A stretch of 64,000 nucleotides of DNA, from contig CAVWVI010000004.1 of NCBI GenBank assembly GCA_963758495.1, forward strand, positions 832,001 through 896,000, written 5' to 3'. The notes under the pieces are model-generated. The model did not search any database. It saw only the letters and a program-made list of their open reading frames with translations, and had not been told where the DNA came from. The position numbers and the translations under genes are program-made. This document shows, piece by piece, positions 49,007 to 58,404 of this stretch. This DNA comes from Oligoflexia bacterium. GTDB taxonomy: Bacteria > Bdellovibrionota > UBA1018. How positions within the stretch are numbered: the first letter of the stretch is position 1; every line of letters starts with the position of its first letter.

Positions 49007-49223
49007 TCCACTTCTCCATGAATAATTTAACTTTGTTTTTAACAATTTCCAAAACCTGTCTCTAATCTCGAGGCGAGAGATTGTATGCAAACTCAACTCC
49101 GAAAGAAGGGATCCAAATTTTCATTTCTCCACTTCTTCCGATTACGTGAATATGCGGAGGCTCCTTCCCTTCGTTTGCATAGAAATGAAACCGAAAACCG
49201 GCTTCACGATAGATCGTTGGCAT
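48981..49223 (-). pseudogene. DUF4160-family gene with in-frame amber stop
   Basis: MPTI...GFRFHFYANE..EPPHIHV; TAG at 49062-49064, after which the frame continues RQVLEIV...EKWNEF to TAA at 48981. Confidence 0.8.
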
Positions 49224-49323
49224 TCTTATCCTCCCTTGACCTTTTATCTTCATTCAATCATCAATTGCCAGCTACAGATTGCAAATTTATCCCTGCTAAT
49301 CTGCTTAATTGGTCCCTAAAACT

Positions 49324-49357
49324 AAAAAAGGGCTACCGGTAAAACCGATAACCCTTT
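49324..49357 (-). terminator. Intrinsic terminator after tRNA-Lys(CTT)
   Basis: Minus strand GGGTTATCGG-TTTTA-CCGGTAGCCC-TTTTTT. Confidence 0.7.
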
Positions 49358-49365
49358 GAAATTCT

Positions 49366-49441
<76 letters not shown>

Positions 49442-49452
49442 ACGAGGGGAAT

Positions 49453-49481
49453 CAGTTATCATTCTCTATAAGCAAGTGCAA
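49453..49481 (-). promoter_or_regulatory. Promoter candidate of tRNA-Lys(CTT)
   Basis: Minus strand TTGCAC-17 nt-TAACTG, same as at tRNA-Lys(TTT). Confidence 0.5.
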
Positions 49482-49633
49482 GAGCTTAAGAGCAGCAAAA
49501 TGCTCTGCTTCCACTTACGACTACTACCTGACTAATAGAATCAAGTACTCTCTAGCCCGATCAGCAGCAAAAACTCGAAAAAAATAAAATATGAAGCTAA
49601 ACTCATCATTCAAGGCCATGAATCTGGGAGGGC

Positions 49634-50419
49634 ATGAATCTGGGTAAACTCAAATTCTTAATCACAATCAGCATGATTTCTATCTCTACACTCTGCAGCT
49701 TAATTCAAGCTTCTAGTTTTTATCCCCAACCTTTCTCAGAAAAAGTCCAGGAAGCTTCTGTCATTGCTCGCGGTAAAGTAGGAATGAGCTATGCGGATTG
49801 GGGTAATGACCAGGAAGGAATTAAGCGGATTTACACCTACGTCGAACTTCAACTCATCGAGACTTTTAAAGGAAATGCCAGTGGCTCCTCAATCATGATC
49901 CGAGAACTGGGTGGCGAGAAAGATGGAGTAGGGTTACAAATTTCAGGTGTGGCTCAATTTCAACGAGGAGAAGACGTTGTCGCACTTCTAAAAAATAAAA
50001 ATTCGGATGGAGTCTATGACGTCCAAGGCATGATGATGGGAAAATACGGTGTCCTAACAGATTCGAATGGAGTCGAATACCTATCAGGGCCTGGACTTTG
50101 GCAACCCACATCTCCTACTCAATGGACATTAGAAGCACTTCGACATCTCATTCAAACACAATCCATTGAGGCAAAACGCAAAAGCGAATCGTCGCCCCTC
50201 CCCCTTACGCTTCTTCCGAATCATGAAAAAAATGTCCCTGTTCAAGCCCCCCCACAATCCCAAACAAACGCAGTACCGGCACCGCACTTGCAAAGTTCAG
50301 ACGGAGAGGAATCCTCTCCTTCCAAAAGTTTAATTTTCTACTTTGGATTAGGAATAGGAGCATTAGGAATCCTTGGCATAATCGCTCAATTACTCAGGAT
50401 CGAACGCCGCAAGAAGTAA
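49634..50419 (+). CDS. Secreted beta-rich protein with Pro/Ser linker and C-terminal TM anchor
   Basis: Signal peptide; IARGKV...IYTYV...FKG...GGE..G...G...F..GE.V pattern; TM followed by RRKK. Confidence 0.7.
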   Translation: MNLGKLKFLITISMISISTLCSLIQASSFYPQPFSEKVQEASVIARGKVGMSYADWGNDQEGIKRIYTYVELQLIETFKGNASGSSIMIRELGGEKDGVGLQISGVAQFQRGEDVVALLKNKNSDGVYDVQGMMMGKYGVLTDSNGVEYLSGPGLWQPTSPTQWTLEALRHLIQTQSIEAKRKSESSPLPLTLLPNHEKNVPVQAPPQSQTNAVPAPHLQSSDGEESSPSKSLIFYFGLGIGALGILGIIAQLLRIERRKK

Positions 50420-50460
50420 CAGAATAAGAATCCAAGTTTTTACCGGAGGAAGTCTCAAGA

Positions 50461-52272
50461 ATGGGACAGTATTTTTGGTTTTCACTCTCCGCATTCATCC
50501 TCATTTTAAGTATTTGTTTAAGTATTTGTATTAAATCTCAGGCTTGGGCCTATGTTCCTACTCTCAGTGCAAATGGAATTCCTGTTCGATGGAAGAAGCC
50601 TGTTAAACTCAACTTAGTCGGTAATCCATCCAATCAATCTGGATTAATGCCTACAGACGTATTTAACGCCGTTGTAAAAAGTTTGCAGCGCTGGAAGTTT
50701 GCTTCTTCAAATGCTGTCAACTTTGATTATTGGCAGGGCACTGATCCCCAAAGTTTTCCCGCAAATAGTACCTTCAATGGCGTCTCCAGCATTTACTTCG
50801 TATCCCAATCAACCACTCCTCTTGAACTTCCTAACAATGTATTGGGAATGACTCAAGTTTGGTACAACACGGAAAATGGTGAGATCTTTGAAACAGATAT
50901 CGCACTGAACGACACTGACTTTCACTTCACCAATAATCCGACTGATACCTCTGGATTTGGATCTGTATCCTCTACCTCCTCTACCCAGGCTGACGGCAAA
51001 AGCGATGTTTATATTCAAAATGTAATTACTCACGAATTAGGACATGCGCTCGGCTTATCGCATAGTGGGGGACTTCAATCAACGATGCTTTTTACGGAAT
51101 CTCCCGAACAAGCTCATTTAGGATGCGATGAGATGATCGCCATCCATGCACTCTATCCTACCTCTGATGCGACTCTTCGAGGAGATTTAAGTGGCACTGT
51201 CCTATCAGAAACAGGAACTCCCATTTTTGGAGCCCATGTAGTAGCGATTTCACAACGAAGAGGCACAGTTCTAGCCACTGCACTTACAGACCCCTCAGGG
51301 CACTATTCCATTCATGCTTTAGAGACCGGTCACTATTTTCTGATGGCTGAACCCTTTTACGCAGGCCCCCAAGCACTCCCTATTTATTATTCTAAATCAA
51401 ATTCATCTATCTGCTCTAACAACAGTCCATTCATGAGGGGATTTTTAACTGAAAATGACAGTTTTACATTATTTAATACATCCGTGACCGCATCCCACAT
51501 GTCTATTGCGCCAAATTTAATTGTGCACTGCAATAATAATCCAACCCCTGAAGAAACCACATTTTCAACGAACACGGTACCGATACCCGTCGCTCACACA
51601 ATCAACACGAACACAAATAGCTTTGGCACTCTAGATCGAATCAGCAAAACGAATACAAATTACTATCGTTTACCTGGAATATCAGGTCACGTTGAAATTC
51701 ATGCAATGAGCTACAGCCTTTACTCCCCTCTTCACCCCTCCCTATCTTTACTCACTCCCAATGGGAGTTCTGTTGATACAGAAGTTTTTGATCCGATTTA
51801 TAGAGGAGACTCAGGTTATATCAACTATGACTCAGCCATCACGGCTGAGGAATTGCCCTATGGTGATTATTTGCTAAAAGTCAGTTTCACTCGTCTTCAA
51901 GCAAACAATTACCCAGGCGGACCTGTATCTTTAGATAGTCTTCCTTTTCTATTATTGACGGGGTCAATCAATGAAGAAAAACCTACTCTCAGCGCTCTGA
52001 TCCCCACCAATGGCCGCTGTCGCACGCCTGAAATATTTGAACCCTACTCTAGTCCATCAGGGATGCCCATTCACTCCCCCAATCAACCTGAATCCAAAGG
52101 GATGGGATCGTGTGGCGCGGTGCAATACAAACCACCCAATGAAGCACATCAAAATTCAAGCTCAAGTACAAGCAATAGGATCGGGTGGCTATTACCGTGG
52201 CTCTTGATGGGATTTGCTGGACGAGCTGCGATTCGCTTGCACGGTAACTCACATACAGTTACCCTTAAATAA
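50461..52272 (+). CDS. Matrixin (M10-like) metzincin with carboxypeptidase-regulatory-like domain and C-terminal sorting signal
   Basis: THELGHALGLSHS then STM Met-turn; SGTV...G.PI.GAHV...TD.SG.Y; GSCG...TM-basic tail. Confidence 0.85.
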   Translation: MGQYFWFSLSAFILILSICLSICIKSQAWAYVPTLSANGIPVRWKKPVKLNLVGNPSNQSGLMPTDVFNAVVKSLQRWKFASSNAVNFDYWQGTDPQSFPANSTFNGVSSIYFVSQSTTPLELPNNVLGMTQVWYNTENGEIFETDIALNDTDFHFTNNPTDTSGFGSVSSTSSTQADGKSDVYIQNVITHELGHALGLSHSGGLQSTMLFTESPEQAHLGCDEMIAIHALYPTSDATLRGDLSGTVLSETGTPIFGAHVVAISQRRGTVLATALTDPSGHYSIHALETGHYFLMAEPFYAGPQALPIYYSKSNSSICSNNSPFMRGFLTENDSFTLFNTSVTASHMSIAPNLIVHCNNNPTPEETTFSTNTVPIPVAHTINTNTNSFGTLDRISKTNTNYYRLPGISGHVEIHAMSYSLYSPLHPSLSLLTPNGSSVDTEVFDPIYRGDSGYINYDSAITAEELPYGDYLLKVSFTRLQANNYPGGPVSLDSLPFLLLTGSINEEKPTLSALIPTNGRCRTPEIFEPYSSPSGMPIHSPNQPESKGMGSCGAVQYKPPNEAHQNSSSSTSNRIGWLLPWLLMGFAGRAAIRLHGNSHTVTLK

Positions 52273-52859
52273 TGTGGACACGAATCAGGACACGAATCAG
52301 GACACGAAGAAAAAGAAAAGGGATGCTCAGGCTGCTTCCTTATTTAATCATTTTACTCATTTCAAATTTACTCACTTCAAATGCCGGTGCAGATATTCGA
52401 CCTGAAAAAGTATTTGTAGCCGAAGCTAAAAAAACCAAATTTTATATCAAAGAGGGTCTCATTACGGGAGGAGACCACGCCATTAATGACGTGACAGTTA
52501 AAGATATTCGTCATGCCGCAAATTCAGATTTTGAGCGAATTGTTCTGGATCTTGAGGGAAATCAAAATCATGAATCAGTAGCAATCCAGCGCCCTCCCTA
52601 CTATCAATTGGCTGTGCACCCCTTACAAAAACGAGTTGATATGACTTTATGGGGTCGACCGAAACTGGCATTTGACCCTCAAAAGGTCATTCATGCCTTC
52701 AAAAAAAGTGCAGTTGTACAAAAAATGATTCTTTTACCGCGCTTAGAAGATGAGTCTTGGACATTCGCTTTTATGCTTAAGTCAGAGTCTCCTATCGAAG
52801 TGTTTGAACTTACAAATCCATTGCGAGTCATTATAGACATTCAACGCAAGAAACATTAA
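52272..52859 (+). CDS. Secreted AMIN-like domain protein (start may be at MLRLL downstream)
   Basis: Signal peptide; IRH....FERIVLDL and VFEL.NP.RVIIDI motifs. Confidence 0.7.
   Translation: MWTRIRTRIRTRRKRKGMLRLLPYLIILLISNLLTSNAGADIRPEKVFVAEAKKTKFYIKEGLITGGDHAINDVTVKDIRHAANSDFERIVLDLEGNQNHESVAIQRPPYYQLAVHPLQKRVDMTLWGRPKLAFDPQKVIHAFKKSAVVQKMILLPRLEDESWTFAFMLKSESPIEVFELTNPLRVIIDIQRKKH
52276..52308 (+). repeat. 12-bp tandem repeat (GGACACGAATCA x2.75)
   Basis: Directly visible at the junction of the matrixin gene and the next gene. Confidence 0.85.
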
Positions 52860-52880
52860 GACCCAATTATCGAGGTGGCC

Positions 52881-53414
52881 ATGCAATTCAATAAAATCGC
52901 TATTCTTGTGTTATTCATCTTAGCTCTGAATCTCTTTCCTGGGTGCTCAAGTACTCCCCCAGTAAAGCAACAAAACTACGGCCAACTCAATCATCAACGC
53001 ACTTATGAATATAGTTTTTCAGAGGTATGGAAGGGCATTGAAGAGGCCCTGCGAAACTACAAAATTACCGACCGTAATCCCAGCGAGGTGAGTTCACTTG
53101 AAATGAAGAGCCTCACAGAAAGAAGCCTTGAAACGGATTGGATCTACACCCAATCTCGCGATAAATACCAAGAATACACGGTCAATGGCTCACCTCGTAA
53201 AATTTATCTACAAACTAGATATAAGTATTTTGTGGTTTCAAAAAATGGCTTAGGTGGACCTACCGTTACTGTAAAGACTGAGGAAGAAGTGGAACGGCTT
53301 AACTCTGATGGAACTTCCGCTGGTTTCACACAAGTCAGCAATCAAGATCCATCTCGCCCCAACGAGCTTCTTGATAAAATTAAATTAGCAATCTTATCTG
53401 CTCCAGCATTATAA
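52881..53414 (+). CDS. Outer-membrane lipoprotein, unknown function
   Basis: Lipobox FPGC; LETDW motif. Confidence 0.7.
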   Translation: MQFNKIAILVLFILALNLFPGCSSTPPVKQQNYGQLNHQRTYEYSFSEVWKGIEEALRNYKITDRNPSEVSSLEMKSLTERSLETDWIYTQSRDKYQEYTVNGSPRKIYLQTRYKYFVVSKNGLGGPTVTVKTEEEVERLNSDGTSAGFTQVSNQDPSRPNELLDKIKLAILSAPAL

Positions 53415-53456
53415 ACTAAATACATTGTAAATCTGCGAGAATTCCCTGCTCTCCGG

Positions 53457-53484
53457 CTTGCCAAAGCGAGGAAAGTACCCATTA
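53457..53484 (+). promoter_or_regulatory. Possible sigma32-like promoter of lon
   Basis: CTTGCC-14 nt-ACCCATTA, partial match to CTTGAA...CCCCAT. Confidence 0.3.
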
Positions 53485-53536
53485 TTTTTAAATATAGATT
53501 TATCTAATTTAAAGAGTAAGGTCTGGGGCAAATCAT

Positions 53537-56110
53537 ATGGCAGAGACAACTGATAATAATAACAATGACAGTGATCTTAAAAAAACTGAAGTGGGCTCAT
53601 CAGATGCCGAGGTACAGCCGCCTACTAAATCCAGTAATTTAGTTGTTCAAGATCAGATATTGCCACCTAATCTCTTTATCTTACCTATTAATAGTCCGAT
53701 CCCTTTTCCTACGTTACTGACACCTATTTTAGTGACACATCCTCGATATGTTTCGATGATTGAGGAAGCCATTAATCGACAAAGAATGATTGGCCTCGTC
53801 CTCACCCGAGAAGGAGAAGCAAAAGAGGACGCAAAACCTGAAAACTTATATGATTTTGGCGTCGCTGTAAAAATAGTAAAACGGCTCAAAATGCCTGACG
53901 GAGCTGTCAACTTACTGGTTCACAGCATGAAAAGATTTAGAAACCGAAAAATTCTTTCAGAGCAACCGTATATTGTCGTCGAAACGGAGTATTTAGACGA
54001 TATTTCTGAAAAATCCACAGAGATGGATGCACTGACTCGCTCCGTAATCAGTCACGTTAAAAAACTTTCTGAAGCCAATCCATTTTTTACGGAAGAAATG
54101 CGATTAGCTATGATTAATGCGCCCGGTCCAGGAACCATTGCCGACCTTGTAGCATTCGCCCTGACCCTTCCAAAAGCGGATGCGCAAGATTATTTGGAGA
54201 CTTTGGCGGTTAAATCCCGATTTGAAAAACTCTTAGTTCATCTCCGACGTGAACAAGATGTAGCGGATTTACAAAAGAAAATTAACGAAGACGTCAATAC
54301 AAAGCTCAGTAAACTTCAACGCGAATTTTTTCTAAAAGAGCAACTCAAAACAATTAAGCGAGAGCTAGGTAGCGAAGCTGATGGCAAAGATAAATCGTTC
54401 CGCACTTTTCGAGAAAGAATTGAAGCGGCAGGAATGCCAGAAGATGCAAAAAAGATAGCTCTTGAAGAACTCGAAAAATTTGAGTCATTATCTGAAAATT
54501 CTCCAGAATTTAATGTATCTAGAAATTATCTAGAAACGATCTGCTCTCTCCCTTGGAGCAAAGAGTCTCAAGACTCCTTAGACCTCGACAATGCACAAGA
54601 AATTTTAGACCTAGAACATTACGGTTTAGAAAAAGTAAAAGAAAGAATTATTGAATTTCTTGCAGTCAGAAAGCTAAAAGCGGATACAAAGGGATCTATC
54701 ATCTGCTTAGTGGGACCTCCCGGCGTCGGTAAAACTTCTATTGGAAAATCTATTGCAAAGACTTTGGGTCGAAGTTTTTTTAGATTTTCATTAGGGGGCA
54801 TGAGAGACGAAGCAGAAATCAAAGGTCATCGACGTACTTACGTGGGCGCGATGCCTGGAAAAGTCATTCAGGGACTGAAGCGCGCAGGAACTAAAAATGC
54901 TGTTCTCATGTTAGACGAGATTGATAAGCTCGGTCAAAGCTATCAAGGTGATCCAGCAAGTGCTCTTTTAGAAGTCCTTGATCCTGAACAAAATTATGCC
55001 TTTCTAGATCATTATGTAGATGTGCCTTTTGATCTTTCAAAAGTTTTATTCATAACAACTGCAAATACGACATCTTCAATCCCAAGCCCACTCTTGGATC
55101 GAATGGAAGTCATTGAGCTTCCCGGTTACACCCTTGAAGAAAAAGAAGATATAGCCATTCGATATGTGATCCCAAAAGAACTGGAGGCTAACGGGTTATC
55201 ATCAAGCCAAGTTAAAATTGAAAAAACAGCCTTAAGAAAAATGATGACTGACTACGCTCGGGAACCCGGCTTAAGGTCTCTTCAAAAATTAATTAGTCGA
55301 ATTGCTCGCAAAGCTGCGGCACAGATTGTGAGTGAACTTAAAAATGCGGAGAAATTCCGCTCTAAAGGAGCCATTAGACCCTCGCTTATTTTAGTCAAGG
55401 AAGAGGATTTGACTACATGGCTAGGCCCTAAACGCTTTTATAATGAAATTGCTGAACGAATTGTTTCTCCCGGCATTGTGGTTGGACTTGCATGGACGGC
55501 CATGGGTGGAGACATCCTTTTTATTGAAGCTGCCGACATCCCCGGCTCAGGCAACCTTAAATTGACTGGCCAAATGGGAGAGGTCATGACTGAGAGTGCG
55601 GCTATTGCATGGAGCTATGTAAAGAAAAAAATAGGAACTACTCAAGATTACGATCGCAGATTTTTTAAGGAGCATGATTTTCACCTTCATATTCCTGCAG
55701 GTGCGATTCCTAAGGATGGACCTTCTGCAGGGGTCACCATGGCAACAGCGCTCTACTCACTCTTATCGGGACGACGCTCTAAACATAAGCTTGCTATGAC
55801 CGGAGAGCTTTCACTCATTGGAAAAGTCCTTCCTGTGGGCGGGATTAAAGAAAAAATTCTAGCGGCACGAAGAGCTGGAATCAATACGATCTTACTTCCT
55901 AAACTCAACGAAAAAGACATGGTGGAAGTACCAGCCTATGCACTCAAAGGATTGACTATCCATTACGTAAGTCACATTGAGGAAGTATTTGATTTGGCTT
56001 TACAAGCAGAAAGTAGCACTTCTCAGAAAGCAAAACTTAAAACAACTCGCATTTTAAAAAAGCACAACCCAGGAAGATACTCAGGCACACTCTCTAGTGC
56101 AGCTCGGTAA
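53537..56110 (+). CDS. lon: ATP-dependent protease La
   Basis: LON N-domain, HYGLEKVKERI, GPPGVGKTS, PKDGPSAG, GGIKEK. Confidence 0.97.
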   Translation: MAETTDNNNNDSDLKKTEVGSSDAEVQPPTKSSNLVVQDQILPPNLFILPINSPIPFPTLLTPILVTHPRYVSMIEEAINRQRMIGLVLTREGEAKEDAKPENLYDFGVAVKIVKRLKMPDGAVNLLVHSMKRFRNRKILSEQPYIVVETEYLDDISEKSTEMDALTRSVISHVKKLSEANPFFTEEMRLAMINAPGPGTIADLVAFALTLPKADAQDYLETLAVKSRFEKLLVHLRREQDVADLQKKINEDVNTKLSKLQREFFLKEQLKTIKRELGSEADGKDKSFRTFRERIEAAGMPEDAKKIALEELEKFESLSENSPEFNVSRNYLETICSLPWSKESQDSLDLDNAQEILDLEHYGLEKVKERIIEFLAVRKLKADTKGSIICLVGPPGVGKTSIGKSIAKTLGRSFFRFSLGGMRDEAEIKGHRRTYVGAMPGKVIQGLKRAGTKNAVLMLDEIDKLGQSYQGDPASALLEVLDPEQNYAFLDHYVDVPFDLSKVLFITTANTTSSIPSPLLDRMEVIELPGYTLEEKEDIAIRYVIPKELEANGLSSSQVKIEKTALRKMMTDYAREPGLRSLQKLISRIARKAAAQIVSELKNAEKFRSKGAIRPSLILVKEEDLTTWLGPKRFYNEIAERIVSPGIVVGLAWTAMGGDILFIEAADIPGSGNLKLTGQMGEVMTESAAIAWSYVKKKIGTTQDYDRRFFKEHDFHLHIPAGAIPKDGPSAGVTMATALYSLLSGRRSKHKLAMTGELSLIGKVLPVGGIKEKILAARRAGINTILLPKLNEKDMVEVPAYALKGLTIHYVSHIEEVFDLALQAESSTSQKAKLKTTRILKKHNPGRYSGTLSSAAR

Positions 56111-56172
56111 AGAGTAAGAAGTTAAAATCGCTATTGCATCACGTCTTAACTTAGGAGAGTCTCTCGACCCAC

Positions 56173-58311
56173 ATGGTCCCGACTTCTTCTTTACCGGCCC
56201 TTACTGTTTTATCTACAAATCCAAACCTTCCATTTATTCATCGTGACATTAGTTGGTTGCAATTTAACGAACGAGTTTTAGCAGAAGCACAGCTAGAGAC
56301 GAACCCACTCTTGGAAAGGCTTAAGTTTTTAGCGATTTCTTCGACTAATTTAGACGAATTTTTTATGATTCGATATTCTTCGCTAGTCCGATCCATTCAG
56401 ACTTCAAATCGAATGGATACCAGGCATATTTCTCGACTCCTGCAAATCAGAAATGAAATTTTAGAAACTGTTCATCAATTCACATTAAAGCAAGCACGTA
56501 TTCTTAAATCTCTCATTTCCCAATTGGAACCACTTCAAATTCATTTAAGTCCAGTACTCAGTCCTCACTCAATGGAATTCGCCATCGGAAAACAGGTTTT
56601 TGAAGATGAAATATTTCCTCGACTCACTCCACCCGAATACTTCCTACCTTCACAACTTGAAAAACTAGATAATCTTCAACTTGGAGCGCTTTACGAAAAA
56701 AATCTCTGGTTCAGAATTTCCAAATCATTTCCGGCCATCTTTTGTCGCTGGAATCAGGAAAATACTCACCTTTATTGCTATTTCCTAGATGAGCTACTAT
56801 CCCATTTTCTAGGTCCCGCTTTCCAACTCCAGAATACTCCGATCATGGTTCGACTCACTCGAGATGGAGACTTTAAAGTTGACTTAGAAGAAGAAGACAC
56901 CGAGTCGATTCCAGATGTCATTCGAAACAGCTTAGGATCCCGAGAAAAGGGGCGACCGGTCAGACTTCAATATTCTAAAAATATCCCTGAAAATCTGCTC
57001 AGCCAAATGATTAAGTCTCTCAAGCTCGTCCCTGCACAAGCGATTGAAGCACCGACCACATTGCAATTGCAGGGAGTTATCAATATTCGCAGTCATCTTT
57101 CAGAACGTCATACGATCCAACCTCAACTTTGCTACCAACCCCTCCGATCAGGCGTGCCGAAACCATTTCGAAATTATCATCAGATTTTTGATAAACTAGA
57201 TGAGGAAGATTTACTTCTCCACCACCCTTATGATTCGTTTGATGCCTTTGTTTCTTGGATTCGAGCTGCTTGCGAAGACCCCTATGTCACTCAAATTGAG
57301 CAGACAGTCTACCGAATGGACACACTCTCTCCTGTTATCGAGTTATTAAAAAGTGCGGCAAATCGTAAAAAAATTCGAGTCGTGATTGAACTCCGAGCTC
57401 GCTTTGACGAACTCAATAACCTCCGATTGGCTGACGAGCTCAAAAAAGCAGGTGTAGAGGTTGCATTTGGTTTTGGTAAGCTTAAGTTACACGGGAAAGT
57501 GGCTCTAGTGACACGAGTTAAAGACCACAACACTCAGCGATATGCACACCTGTCGACAGGTAACTACAACGCAACAACCGCCAGACTCTATACAGATCTT
57601 TCAATTTTAACTGCTCATAAAGATATTTGTGCTGATGTTCGATATTTCTTTGATCGAATTTGGATTGGTGAGGTTCCAAATGAATTTAAATGTCTGATTT
57701 CCGCTCCAGCAAAGCTTCATCGTCGTCTCATCAATCACATTCAGGCTGAGACCGAGGCTGCAGAAAAAGGGAGAAAAGCAAGAATTTTTGCTAAAGTAAA
57801 TGCTCTAGTCGATCATCACGTCGTTCAATATCTCTATCGAGCTTCACAAGCAGGTGTCCAAGTGGATCTAGTGGTACGAGGAGCTTGTTCTCTCGTCCCT
57901 GGAATCAAGGGATTGAGTGAAAACATTCGAGTGATTAGTATTGTAGATCGATTTCTTGAACATAGTCGAATTTATTACTTCGGCGATGCCCGTAAAATTT
58001 ATCTTTCGAGTGCAGATTGGATGCCTAGAAATTTTTTCTCACGCCTTGAATTAGCATTTCCAATCCTTGACCCCCATTTATATCAATATATCGAGGAATT
58101 TATTATTCCGGTATACCTATCAGATACCGTCAAAGCAAATATCCTGACTCCAGAGGGGAAATGGAAACCTCAAAGAAAGTTATCCATGAAAACAGATCCA
58201 TCCATTGCCAAATTTCTTCACCCTAACGAAAAGTCAATTCGATCTCAGTTTCTATTTGAGGAAATCGCAGAACGTGAATACGAAGGCACTCCCTTATGGG
58301 GCAAAAAATAA
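56173..58311 (+). CDS. ppk1: Polyphosphate kinase 1
   Basis: RDISWLQFNERVL, LLHHPYDSF, ELRARFDE, HLSTGNYN, DRFLEHSR. Confidence 0.96.
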   Translation: MVPTSSLPALTVLSTNPNLPFIHRDISWLQFNERVLAEAQLETNPLLERLKFLAISSTNLDEFFMIRYSSLVRSIQTSNRMDTRHISRLLQIRNEILETVHQFTLKQARILKSLISQLEPLQIHLSPVLSPHSMEFAIGKQVFEDEIFPRLTPPEYFLPSQLEKLDNLQLGALYEKNLWFRISKSFPAIFCRWNQENTHLYCYFLDELLSHFLGPAFQLQNTPIMVRLTRDGDFKVDLEEEDTESIPDVIRNSLGSREKGRPVRLQYSKNIPENLLSQMIKSLKLVPAQAIEAPTTLQLQGVINIRSHLSERHTIQPQLCYQPLRSGVPKPFRNYHQIFDKLDEEDLLLHHPYDSFDAFVSWIRAACEDPYVTQIEQTVYRMDTLSPVIELLKSAANRKKIRVVIELRARFDELNNLRLADELKKAGVEVAFGFGKLKLHGKVALVTRVKDHNTQRYAHLSTGNYNATTARLYTDLSILTAHKDICADVRYFFDRIWIGEVPNEFKCLISAPAKLHRRLINHIQAETEAAEKGRKARIFAKVNALVDHHVVQYLYRASQAGVQVDLVVRGACSLVPGIKGLSENIRVISIVDRFLEHSRIYYFGDARKIYLSSADWMPRNFFSRLELAFPILDPHLYQYIEEFIIPVYLSDTVKANILTPEGKWKPQRKLSMKTDPSIAKFLHPNEKSIRSQFLFEEIAEREYEGTPLWGKK

Positions 58312-58325
58312 AACTAGAAGCTGAT

Positions 58326-58355
58326 GACTCCTTGCAGTGCTTGTCAACAGCCCTA
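58326..58355. repeat. Dispersed repeat, copy E (one arm)
   Basis: GACTCCTTGCAGTGCTTGTCAACAGCCCTA between ppk1 and ppx. Confidence 0.8.
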
Positions 58356-58404
58356 GAAGAAGATAGACTTTTTTAACACTTTGGTGATTAATAAGTAGTA
58401 TAAA

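Noticed and set aside
21230..49064. Stop-codon reassignment suggested by the in-frame TGA (21230) and TAG (49062)
   Set aside because: TGA and TAG terminate ordinary genes here (tolR ends TGA, tolA ends TAG) and no suppressor or Sec tRNA is present; isolated nonsense mutations are simpler
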